64,000 bases of DNA. It comes from Octopus vulgaris. Its lineage: Eukaryota. Position numbers and translations under genes: made by a program. The stretch covers positions 6,138,001 through 6,202,000 of the forward strand of contig OX597815.1 in NCBI GenBank assembly GCA_951406725.2, given 5' to 3'. This document shows, piece by piece, positions 53,211 to 64,000 of this stretch (position 1 is its first letter; each line of letters begins with the position of its first letter). Below the pieces are notes generated by a model. That model ran no database searches and was not told the origin of the DNA. It saw only the letters and a list, made by a program, of their open reading frames with translations.

Positions 53211-53550
53211 TATTGCCATCAAGATGTAGGACAAGATCCGTGATAGCCTGGGCTTCCGAGGCCCACAGCTCTTCAATATCCTCCCGAAGAACCTAAGAGA
53301 CCTGCATGGGGTGGATGCAGATGTCTTTAAAATAAAACTGGATCTCTTCTTGTCAGGTGTCCCAGATGAACCAACTTCACGGCAGGAGGTGCAGATGAGG
53401 GCAGCTGCATCGAACTCTCTCATGCACCAAATGGCAGTTGCTAAAAAGCATTCGTGAAGTAAAACCATGTAGCAACACCAGATGGCGGTGCCCCAGCATG
53501 GCCACAGGTCGTGAGCTGAAACTAGATAAAATAAAATAAAATAAAATAAA
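53211..53550 (+). mobile_element. CR1-group (Zenon-like) LINE 3' end whose tail is shared with SINE family A
   Basis: 53242-53457 translates DSLGFRGPQLFNILPKNLRD..FKIKLDLFLSGVPDEP..RAAASNSL; UTR GGCGGTGCCCCAGCATGGCCACAG..TGAAAC and (TAAAA)n. Confidence 0.85.
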
Positions 53551-53948
53551 AAATATAAGATAATATCCTTTGGGGACCTAGTCTTTCTCATTCGCAAGAT
53601 GAGCCCACCCACCCCGACTTAATTTTGTTCAGATTGCTTTCAATTTTGGTGTATCGATGCAGTTATTTCGATTTTTAAACCTCTGTAACATTTTTCTCCA
53701 ATTTTTCCCCCACAGCATCACACCTTCAAAGCAATGAGACTGGAATGCTACATTATTATAGCCGATTTTCAGATTTGTTACTTCCTTTTAAAAAAAATGC
53801 ATATTTTGTGAATGAAAAAGAACAAACTAGATCTAATTCTTCTTTTTGGAATTGTACGTCTGTTTATAGCTTGTATCTTCTCTAAAGCCATTCAAGTGGT
53901 TGACTGCAAAATCTTTGCATTCAACTGTTTATATACTCATGATACATA

Positions 53949-53988
<40 letters not shown>

Positions 53989-54279
53989 TCTGTACGTGTG
54001 TGCGTGTGTCTTCTCTGTAACCACAGCCCCTTGATACTATTACAAAGGCCCGTACTGTGTGGTGCAGAGAAAGGGTCAGTCAATGGCTATCCAAAATGGC
54101 AGGGTCAACGTAGACACGTTTCTTTCACTGCACTCCTCTGAAGATGGGCCTTTGCACCAGAAATATATATATAAATATTTCTCAACTTTCATCTCTGGAT
54201 TGTTAGAAACTTTCTTCATTTCATTTCATTTATTATTCTACTACTGTGCTACAACACATCAAGCGAACCACACCGCCCT

Positions 54280-54371
<92 letters not shown>

Positions 54372-54420
54372 GTGCGTGTGTGTGTGTGTAGGTGTGTGTG
54401 TGTCTGTATGTATGTATATA

Positions 54421-54453
<33 letters not shown>

Positions 54454-54496
54454 GTACATATCCTATCAGATCCCCCTTTCCCCTACTTAAACTTTA

Positions 54497-54540
<44 letters not shown>

Positions 54541-55159
54541 CCTCCCTCCCTCTCTCACTCCTTCCCTCCCTCTCTCACTCTTTCTTTTTCCTCTGTTGCC
54601 TGATCCACTTTTATCTGCTGCTACCATCCCACCTTCAACTCACATCAACACCCCACCCAATCAGCCAAACACACACACACACACATATACACGCATACAT
54701 ACACACACACACACACACACGTACACACACACGATTTTTTTCTCTCTCTCCCTTCAGTTGGGACGTGGAGAAATGTGAAGATTTATATTTCGATGACACG
54801 AAGGAATTTAGAAAAAAGATTTTAAATACAACCTTTAATGGATGATGAAAATTTTCAAAGGAAATTTTATTAAACGGGTGCGACGGGTAGGACCTGTTGT
54901 AGCAGCAACAGCAACATCAGATGCCTTAATGCAACTGGTCCTCCGTCCGTCACGACGACGAGTGTTCCAGTTGATCCGATCAACGGAATAGCCTGTTCAT
55001 GAAATTAACGAACAAGTCGCTCAGCACTCTTCATATACATATATACCCATAACGGAGTTCTCAGGGAGATCCAGCATGATATCACATGCTATATATATGT
55101 GTGTGAATCGTTAGCGATTTTTTTTTCCTCCGTTTTCCTTTTCTATTGGACTTTCCTCT

Positions 55160-55195
55160 GTTTCTGAAGAAGAGTTTTTGCTTGAAACGTTAAAC
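55160..55195 (+). ncRNA. Minimal type-I hammerhead motif with canonical core
   Basis: GTTT-CTGAAGA-A-GAGT(tttt)GCTT-GAAA-CGTT-AAAC. Confidence 0.72.
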
Positions 55196-55589
55196 CACCT
55201 TTCCTGAGCGTCTGCTAATACTTTAAAAGTTCGCGTGTGTGTGTGTGTGTGTGTGTAGCTTTTTGTCCCTCTACCATCACTTGACAACCGATGCTGATGT
55301 GTTTATGTCCCCGAAACTTAGCGTTTCGGCAAAATAGACCGATAGAATAAGTAATAGGCTTACAAAGAATAAGCGCTGGGGTCGATTTCTTCGACCTTTA
55401 GGTGGCGCTCAGGCATAGCCGCAGTCAAGTGAGTGAAACGTGTAAAAGAGTTAAAGGGTGTATACGTGCGTGTCTTAGTGTTTTGTCACGCCACCCGCAA
55501 TTGCTTGACAAATTTACAACCGCTGTTGGTTTGTATGCGTCCCCGTAACTACTAACTTTGAGCGATCCGGAACAAAAAAAAAAAAGAAC

Positions 55590-55782
55590 GGCGTAACTTC
55601 GATATAGGTACCGGAAGTACCGGATACATTTCAAGAATGTTTTTTTTTATATATATGGGGGGATAGGGTTAGGGTTAGGGTTTATGGTAGGGTTAGGGGT
55701 GGGAGAAAAGGGTTTCTGTTATCTTCAGAAATGTAAACAAAGCCACTTCCGGTACTTACGGTACCTATACCGAAGGATCTCC
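55590..55782. mobile_element. MITE (Merlin-like) carrying TTAGGG repeats
   Basis: ~35-bp imperfect terminal inverted repeats GG..CC and an 8-bp TSD AAAAGAAC, inside a family A SINE tail. Confidence 0.8.
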
Positions 55783-56352
55783 AAAAGAACGATAGAATAA
55801 GCACTAAGCTTTAAAATAAGTACTGGGGCGGGGGAGATTTGATCAAGTGAACCTTTCAACGCGATGCCCCAGCATGGCCGCAGCCCGGTGATTGAAACAA
55901 GTAATATTATAGCTAAACATCGTCTGGATCTACGGATTAAAGCGAGCGATTAATAATAATCGTGTCAGCTGTAAAAGTTACATCACCTGAACCGACGCAA
56001 AGAAGCCCCGACAGCCATCACATGGTAACCATGTTGGCGAACACACGTCGAGCCTCGAGCTATGTTTTTAGTCTTTTGTATGGCTTCGTTTGCTGGAAAA
56101 TACTCTTCAAAAACGTTGTACTACTTCAGCTGCTATCTCTGTAACACTTAATACTTCACTTACAAGATACAATAAACGTGGGTGTCTGTCGATATCTGCT
56201 TTCATCGTTCGCAGCACGTTAATCAAACGTTATGCATTTTTTCTTTTCTTTTCTCTTCTCATCTGTGTTACTGTCGTCACTTCCGGTCTATTCTTCCATT
56301 TCTTTTGCATTTAACCCCACTTTTTTGAAAATTTAATTCAACAGTTTACTCA

Positions 56353-56416
<64 letters not shown>

Positions 56417-56547
56417 CACACATAAACGCGTATGTAATCCCATGTATATATACTCTACCACCTACATCACCAAATAGTATATACAGGTGCTTACAATTAT
56501 CAAGTATTCACCCTGAATTTTTGTATCCAACTTATATTTATATATAG

Positions 56548-56597
56548 CAAAAACTGTCCGATGAACGGCAACGGGAAACTCAGAGTAACAGGTTTTG
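56548..56597 (+). ncRNA. Hammerhead-like motif with CCGATGA core; host repeat extends to ~56697
   Basis: CAAAAACTGT-CCGATGA-aCG(gcaa)CGg-GAA-ACTCAGAGT-A-ACAGGTTTTG. Confidence 0.65.
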
Positions 56598-56711
56598 TTG
56601 AATTTTCTGCTGCTTTAAATAAAGCATATTACTCTACCACTGGTATTTGAGTACTCTTTTTTCCACCTTGCTTCTCATTTATGTGTCTACTCCGGTATAT
56701 ATATATTTATA

Positions 56712-56944
56712 TTTCTTTATTGCCCACAAGGAGCTAAACACAGAGGAGACTAACAAAAACAGACAAACGGATTAAGTCAACTACATCGACCCCAGTGCGT
56801 AACTGGTACTTTATTTTATCGACCCCGAAAGGATGAAAGGCATAGTCGACCTCGGCGGAATTTGAACTCAGAACATAAAGACAGACGAAATACCGCTAAG
56901 CATTTCGCCTGGCGTGCTAACGACTCTGCCATTTCGCCGCCCTT
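56712..56944 (-). mobile_element. SINE family B monomer (tail type 1)
   Basis: Full head, core and tail. Confidence 0.88.
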
Positions 56945-57628
56945 AAATAATTTATATACCAACTCTACTGAGAAATATACGATCACGGTGGTAGGTCCAA
57001 TGACTGAAACAAAAGGTGGACTCGAGATTTGACCCGAATACTTACTACAACAGACTAGAATCTATTAAAAAACAAAAATACGAGAGCCCGTTGGTGGCGT
57101 TAAATCAAGCGACGGAGTAATGGCGGCGAGAGATAGATCGTCTGTTGTTCTACTTGATAATAATTCCAGTTCATCTAAATGATAGCTCGTTATCTGTTAA
57201 AACAACATGTTTACTGCATGCATTATTTACAATGGCTTCACCCCTGCATACCTTTCTTTACATTTTGCCTTTCCTCGTTTTATTGTTTCCATCTTTCCGA
57301 CGAGAAACGTTCCGTTAACACTTCACCTCATCTTCATCTTCTGTTCCGTCTCCCCCTTTCCCTCTCTTCCTTTACCTCTGTCACTCTCTCTTCCACCACC
57401 GCCACTACATATATATATATTATCCTATCTGCTTATTATCTTTATATATTCGGGCGAGGCTCCTAGTGATGACAGTTAATTAGTTATAAATATTTGTTTT
57501 TCACAGGAAATAAAATAAACGTTGAAAGCCTTAAAGTCAAGATGGCGGTACCTTACCTTCTTTAATCTGATGAATCTAGCTTCCTTCTTGTCGACAGTTC
57601 CGGCGTCTTTAACTTCTCGCTATCTTTA

Positions 57629-58397
57629 GCGGCGAGCTGGCAGAAACGTTAGCACGCCGGGCGAAATACTTAGCAGTATTTCGTCTGCCGCTACGTTATG
57701 AGTTTAAATTCCGCCGAGGTCGACTTTGCCTTTCATGCTTTCAGGGTCGATTAAATAAGTACCAGTTACGCACTGGGGTCGATATAATCGACTTAATCCG
57801 TTTGTCTGTCCTTGTTTGTCCCCTCTGTGTTTAGCCCCTTGTGGGTAGTAAAGAAATAGGTATTTCGCCCGTCGCTACGTTGTGAGTTCAAATTCCGCCG
57901 AGGTCGATTTTGCCTTTCATCCTTTTCAGGGTCGATTAAATAAGTACCAGTTACAAACTGGGGTCGATATAATCGACTTAATCCATTTGTCTATCCTTGT
58001 TTGTCCTCTCGGTGTTTAGCCCCTTGTGGGTAGTAAAGAAATAGGTATTTCGCCCGTCGGTACGTTCTGAGTTTAAATTCCGCCGAGGTCGATTTTGCCT
58101 TTCATCCTTTCAGGGTCGATTAAATAAGTACCAGTTACAAACTGGGGTCGATATAATCGACTTAATCCGTTTGTCTGTCCTTGTTTGTCCCTTCTGTGTT
58201 TAGCCCCTTGTGGGTAGTAAAGAAATAGGTATTTCGCCCGTCGCTACGTTGTGAGTTCAAATTCCGCCGAGGTCAACTTTTCCTTTCATTCTTTCGGGGG
58301 TCAATAAAGTAAGTAGCAGCTGAGTACTGAGGTTGATTTGATCGTCTTATCCCAACCCCAAAATTGATGGCCTTGTGTCAAATTTTGAAACCAATAT
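57629..58397 (+). repeat. Tandem array of SINE family B, four cores with 184-185 bp period
   Basis: GTATTTCG at 57676, 57860, 58045 and 58229. Confidence 0.92.
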
Positions 58398-58462
58398 TTT
58401 GATGGGGCGTGTTACTTCAAAATGGGGTGGGGAGTAAGAGAATAAAACTTGTAACACATATA

Positions 58463-58515
<53 letters not shown>

Positions 58516-58792
58516 CATTTCTAAATATCTCAGAGGGATGTAAGCAGTAGTGGTGCGATAAAGTAGTTGTATACTGTCAACTTAATCTGACAGTCCCATG
58601 AAGGGAATCACATCACTGCTATTTAGCCCTAGGCAGTATCAACGCATCCTGTCGGCCTTGACACATTTCCTGTGTCCTTATGTTTACAAGGGGGAGACAA
58701 GCACCTCCACCCGATGCAGGCTTAGCTGGGTGGAGGTGCTACACACATTTTTTCTCTCCTTTTTTTTTCTCTCCTTGTTTTTTTCTGTGTCC

Positions 58793-58828
58793 CTTTCTGT
58801 AGAAGAGCGTAGGCTCGAAACGTAAAAG
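58793..58828 (+). ncRNA. Hammerhead-like motif with CTGTAGA core; host repeat spans ~58750-58920
   Basis: Identical to 16538-16573. Confidence 0.7.
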
Positions 58829-58916
58829 ACTTTTCCAATTCCTGAGCGTTATACTAATACATCCGTTTGTTTTCTACACCGCCTGTCTTCGTCTTTCGTT
58901 TTTTTTCGTAAACTCT

Positions 58917-58951
<35 letters not shown>

Positions 58952-59355
58952 CATACACACGCACATATATTTACTCACACACACATTTATATACACACAC
59001 TCACATACGCACACATATATATATATATATATGTATTTTCATTTGGTCCATCACGTTGAGAGCGAATGAAAAATTCAGCTTGTTTTTTGTTTGTTTTTAC
59101 AGAATTAATAACTATAATGGAGATTGTTTTCCCGGTGAAAACAAATCAGTTGATAAAGCGATTGTGATCCCGTTTGTGATCTATTATAGTCAGAGAGGTA
59201 AGCTACAGAGATGAGTAGGGAAATCTATTGGGATATCACTTGTTGTTGATGTATATTATGTAATCTGATGTGGAGGAGGCTGCATGCGTGCTGGAAGAGA
59301 GAGAACAAAGTGGAAAGGGTGGTTGGGTAAGAGAAAATTATAAATACAAACAGAA

Positions 59356-59405
<50 letters not shown>

Positions 59406-59784
59406 CACACACGTTGGGGGCGACAATGGACCGACCATTTGCTATTACAGAAAGAGGGAGAGATGAAGAGGAGGAAACAGACGTTGCAACCGAGAGATGT
59501 AGAAACACTAAACATAACCATGCTGTATCATGACCAGTCAACGAGGTGGGCCTCTCGGGTGACAATGCGTCAGTCTATTCGTGCATATAAAGGCACTTAG
59601 AATAATTAGCGAAAGCATGGCACGCAATCTCGAGTCATACTCGCTCGCGTGTGACGGCTGTGTTTTGCCTTGCGTTTATGTTTAATACAAGCGCAGGTAC
59701 GGCGATGTGGTTAAGAGGTTCGCTTTGCAACCACGTGGTTTCGGGGTCAGTCCCACCACGCAGCATCTTAGGCATGTGTTTTCT

Positions 59785-60034
59785 GGTACTACTTAAGAAG
59801 AGTGGTCCCGGTGCGTGCCCTCGCGTACTTGCGCATCCGCGCTAGCTAGTCGTGACTAGTCGATCCTACAACGACTTCCTAGCAAAGTAAATAAAATACA
59901 AAATGAATAATTTTTTTACACAAAGTAAATAAAACACAAAAACACAAAGTAAGGATCGACTAGTCACGACTAGCTAGCGCGGATGTGCGAGTACGCGAGT
60001 GCGCGCATCGGAACCACTCTTCTTAAATAGTACC
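59785..60034. mobile_element. MITE with ~80-bp terminal inverted repeats (Merlin/Mutator-like) inserted in a family A SINE head
   Basis: GGTACTACTTAAGAAGAGTGG...CCACTCTTCTTAAATAGTACC; flanks GTGTTTTCT and GTGTTTTTT. Confidence 0.85.
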
Positions 60035-60104
60035 GTGTTTTTTTTTATTATAGCCCCGGGCCGACCTAAGCCTTGTGAGTAAATTTGGGAACCTTAGGAA
60101 ATTG

Positions 60105-60328
60105 TGTCGTACTGACTGGCCCTCGTGCCGATGGCACATAAAAGTACCCACTACACTCTCAAAGTGGTTGGCGTTGGGAAGGACATCCAGCTGTAGAAAC
60201 TCTGCCAGATCAAGATTGGAGCCTGGTGCAGCCATCTGGTTCGCCATCCCTCAGTCAAATCGTCCAACCCATGCTAGCATGGAAAGTGGACGTTAAACAA
60301 TGATGATGATGATGATGATGATGATGAT
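60105..60328 (+). mobile_element. RTE LINE 3' end
   Basis: Terminal motif and (GAT)n. Confidence 0.85.
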
Positions 60329-60844
60329 GTAGCTACGGGCCGACCAATGCTGGGAGAGTGAATTTGGTAGAAGGAAACTATAAGGAAGCCCCTCGTATAT
60401 GTGTATCTGTGCTTATTTGTGTCTGCGTTCGTCATCCCCCACCGCTTGACAACCAGTCGGTGTTGGTTTGTTTATGTTTCCGTAACTTAGCTTTTCTGCA
60501 TAAGACACTGATAGTACTAGACTTAAAAAAAGAAAAGTAAACAGGACCTAAGTACAGGGTCGAGTTGTTCGACGAAAACCCTTCCAAGCGGTGCCCCAGC
60601 ATGGCCGCAATTCAGTGACTGTCAGTAGTAAAAAGTAAAAGACACACACATGCAGAAAGAGAGAGGGGGAGAGAGAAAACAGGGGTTCATAGTGACCCCC
60701 ATGCAAAGATGCATAGCGACAGTGGTTCATATTGCCCCCATAAATGTATACTATAGGTTCTCAAAGTGGGCGCTACCGCCCCCCGCCCCTGATGGGCGTT
60801 GAGAGGGTCCGGATAGTCGGTGGTGTTTAAAGGGGGGGGCGCAG

Positions 60845-61188
60845 TAGTTAGTTAGTTAGTTAGTTAGTTAGTCAGTTAGTTAGTTAATTTGGCTCAAAAG
60901 CAAAAAGCAAGACCATGTAAGGGGACATGGAGTTAAGTACAGGGTGGTGTTCATGTAAAGAGCTCAGGCCACTTGAGGTCAAGGGAGGCTTTGAACAAAG
61001 CGGTCGTCGGCATCTTCACCATCTCGTCTGGCAGCTTGTTCCACGGATCCGCAACCCGGACGGAGAAAGCTCCTCTCCTTCGATTGAGATGAAATCGTCG
61101 CAGGTAGAGCTTTTCGGAATGACCCCGCAGCCCACGCTCTGGAGCAGGAGTGAAGAACAGCTCTTTCGAGAGGTTACACTTTCCGCTT
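60845..61188 (-). mobile_element. CR1-clade LINE 3' fragment
   Basis: Same family as 21505-22019. Confidence 0.9.
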
Positions 61189-61266
61189 AGTAGAAAAAAA
61201 GGAGGCGTTTGGAGGAAATCAGTGGATTGGGGGGGAACGCTATGAATTTATATTATTACAGTATTC

Positions 61267-61458
61267 TCTTTTACTCTTTTACTTGTTTCAGTCATTTGAC
61301 TGCGGCCATGCTGGAGCACCGCCTTTAGTCGAGCAACTCGACCCCGGCACTTATTCTTTGTAAGCCCAGTACTTATTCTATCGGTCTCTTTTGCCGAACC
61401 GCTAAGTGACGGGGACATAAATACACCAGCATCGGTTGTCAAACACAGACACACAAAC

Positions 61459-61489
<31 letters not shown>

Positions 61490-61653
61490 CATATATACGA
61501 CAGGCTTCTTTCCGTCTACCAAATCCACTCACAAGGCATTGGTCGGCCCGGAGCTATAGCAGAAGACACTTGCCCAAGATGCCACGCAGTGGGACTGAAC
61601 CCGGAACCATGTGGTTGGTTAGCAAGCTACTTACCACACAGCCACTCCTGCGC
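61267..61653 (-). mobile_element. SINE family A, young
   Basis: Reverse-complement match with CpGs intact. Confidence 0.92.
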
Positions 61654-61744
61654 CCTGTATACAAATTATGTAATATTATATGAAATATCAAATGATTCAT
61701 AGTATATATATAAATTAGTAAAATATAAAATACACAAGACGTTA

Positions 61745-62536
61745 ATGATGATACTGCATCGTGGGCAATGGTTTGAGCGAGGTGATTTGAAGTGTACCAC
61801 CGAAAGCCTGATCATTGCTGCACAAGGCCAGGTTTTTGCAACCAATTCAGTGAAGTATAACATCTATAAAACGTCTGACACCCAGAAATGCAGACGCTGT
61901 GGAAAGAGTGTGGAAAATGTTACCCACTTGGTAAGTGGATGTGAGAGCCTTGCACAAAAAGAATACAAGCGCCGTCACGATCAAGTGTGTGTGTGTGTAT
62001 CTTCATTAGCTTTTATGTAGTAAATACCAATATTGAGTTACAGAGAACTGGTATGAACATGTACCAAGTAAGGAGGAAGGAAAAGTAACGATACTCTGGG
62101 ACTATAATTTTCAGACGGATCGTGTAATCGAACACCGTCGGGCGGATATTGTCATATTGCATAAGAGAGACAAATACTGTCAGATCATTGATGCAGCCAT
62201 ATCATACCAAATGAGATGAATGTTGTGAGTGAAGAGGTTGAAAAAAATCACCAAGTATTCCGAATTGAAAGTGGAAATGGCAAGACTGTATCGAATGCGA
62301 GAGGGTAATGCAAAAGTGATACTAGTGGTGATCAGAACGTTGGGTTCAATCCCATTGAAACTTCAAGACTTCTTAAGGGAACTGGAAATCCCATGCAAGA
62401 TTGATGTCCTGCAAAAAGCAGCCTTATTGGGCACAGCGCACATCTCAAGGAAAGTATTATCTGTCTGAGGTCCTTTTTGTGATTTGACAGATGACTAAAG
62501 ACTCCGGTGCATTTTTACCTACACCGTATTACAAAG

Positions 62537-62537
<1 letters not shown>
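61745..62537 (+). mobile_element. R4/Dong-like retrotransposon 3' fragment (CCHC knuckle and RLE)
   Basis: IIAAQGQ..CRRCGKSVENVTHLVSGC..EYKRRHD; ILWDYNFQTDRVIEHRRADIV; QKAALLGTAHI; followed by (TAA)n. Confidence 0.9.
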
Positions 62538-62599
<62 letters not shown>

Positions 62600-62601
<2 letters not shown>

Positions 62602-63157
62602 CCCTGATGCAGTACCAGGCAGTGGCTCTCGTGGCTTCTGATCTTAACTGATTGGAAGTGTTATCATGTACATTGTTTTGTCTTGTTATAAAAGATGGGC
62701 TACAGCAAATATTCTGCTCAATACCACAGATTTGCTTGTCAGTTGTTTGACCTTAACCAGTTGAGCATGTCCCTTGGTGGCTAACGATATGTGCATCTCT
62801 GATCACGTGCAGAAGTAGTTGGGGAGCATCATAGCCATGTGTTGAGAGGAATTCTTTGAGGTTTGGATAATTCACTTTTGGAAACATGGGTGGTTCGTTC
62901 AACATCCTTAAACAATCCTTATTCAGGGACCTTTTGAGCAGGATGGGTTACTCGACCAGAAGAAAATTCTAACTGGGTCCCATCTGCAAGGTCATGTGCG
63001 CTGTTTATTTTGATATGAGATCACCATGTCGCGCACAAATGGTTGTGATGCATGTGCCTGGTGTACCCTTATCAGACGGGTAGTCATGATGGGTATACTG
63101 GGCTTCGTATATTTTACCCCAGTGTCACTTTGATGGCATGCACTGCTCTCTCACTCA
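62600..63157 (+). mobile_element. TAA-flanked 560-bp repeat, apparently full length
   Basis: (TAA)n-TGCCCTGATGCAGTACC...GCTCTCTCACTC-(AAT)n. Confidence 0.88.
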
Positions 63158-63170
63158 ATAATAATAATAA

Positions 63171-63341
63171 TACGTCGAACAAATAGGGGCTTCAATAAGT
63201 GTGGAGCACTTGCAGAAAACAGCACTGCTTGGAACCGCTCGAATACTCCGGAAGGTGCTTGAAAAATAAGGGGTGTTACTTCAGTTCACTGGTAATGAAC
63301 AGCTGACACTGTAGTACATCTCCAGCGTTAGAAGCTGTCAG
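63171..63341 (+). mobile_element. R4/Dong-like extreme 3' fragment
   Basis: YVEQIGASISVEHLQKTALLGTARILRKVLEK*. Confidence 0.82.
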
Positions 63342-63359
63342 ATGATGATGATGATGATG

Positions 63360-63420
<61 letters not shown>

Positions 63421-63461
63421 TAACAATAATAATAATAACAATAATAATAATAATAATAATG

Positions 63462-63511
<50 letters not shown>

Positions 63512-63512
<1 letters not shown>

Positions 63513-64000
63513 GCCCTGATGCAGTACCAGACTGTGGCTCTTGTGGCTTCTGATCTTAACTGATTGGAAGTGTTATCATGTACATTGTTTTGTCTTGGTA
63601 TAAAAGATGGGCTACAGCAAATATTCTGCTCCATATCACAGATTTGCTTGTCAGTTGTTTGACCTTAACCAGTTGAGCATGTCCCTAGTGGCTGATGATA
63701 TGTGCATCTCTGATCACGAGCAGAATTAGTGGGGGAGCATCATAGCCATGTGTTGAGAGGGATTCTTTGGGGTTTGAATAGTTCACCTCTGGAAACATGG
63801 GTGGTTCTTTCAACATCCTTAAACAATCCTCATTCAGGGACCTTTTGAGCGGGATGGGCTACTCAACCTGAAGAAAATCCTAACTGGGCCCCACCTGCAA
63901 GGTCATGCGCTGTTTATTTTGATATGAGATCACCATGTCGCGCACAAATGGTTGTGATGCATGTGCCTGGTGTACCCTTATCAGACGGGTAGTCATGATG
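63512..64000 (+). mobile_element. TAA-flanked 560-bp repeat running off the window end
   Basis: Same start as the 62600 copy. Confidence 0.88.

Noticed and set aside
57567-57600. CTGATGA core
   Set aside because: No stem II or GAAA follows

Overview
Eukaryotic, almost entirely non-coding, repeat-saturated DNA. It is most consistent with an Octopus (cephalopod) genome; this is an inference from very dense (TA)n/(GT)n/(GAT)n/(TAA)n/(CCA)n microsatellites and tRNA-headed SINEs resembling octopus families, and was not verified by search. No intact host protein-coding gene is visible. Nearly all long ORFs in the track are microsatellite translations. The coding remnants are transposon fragments: RLE-type (R4/Dong-like) non-LTR elements, RTE and CR1-group LINE 3' ends, and Tc1/mariner transposases. 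Non-autonomous elements include three tRNA-derived SINE families, three copies of a Helitron and two GG-terminal MITEs. The strongest hidden signal is about 11 complete or partial minimal type-I hammerhead ribozyme (HHR) motifs from at least 6 different short repeat families. They mostly sit in or beside (TA)n/(TAA)n, and some show Penelope-style inversions. One family appears to be a tRNA-headed SINE carrying an HHR, and others share non-canonical cores (CUGUNGA, CCGAUGA). Also notable are a SINE/LINE pair with a shared 3' tail, a SINE that seems to insert repeatedly into its own head, and microsatellite 'landing pads' with stacked, co-oriented retroelements. Coordinates were read by eye, and repeat boundaries are approximate.
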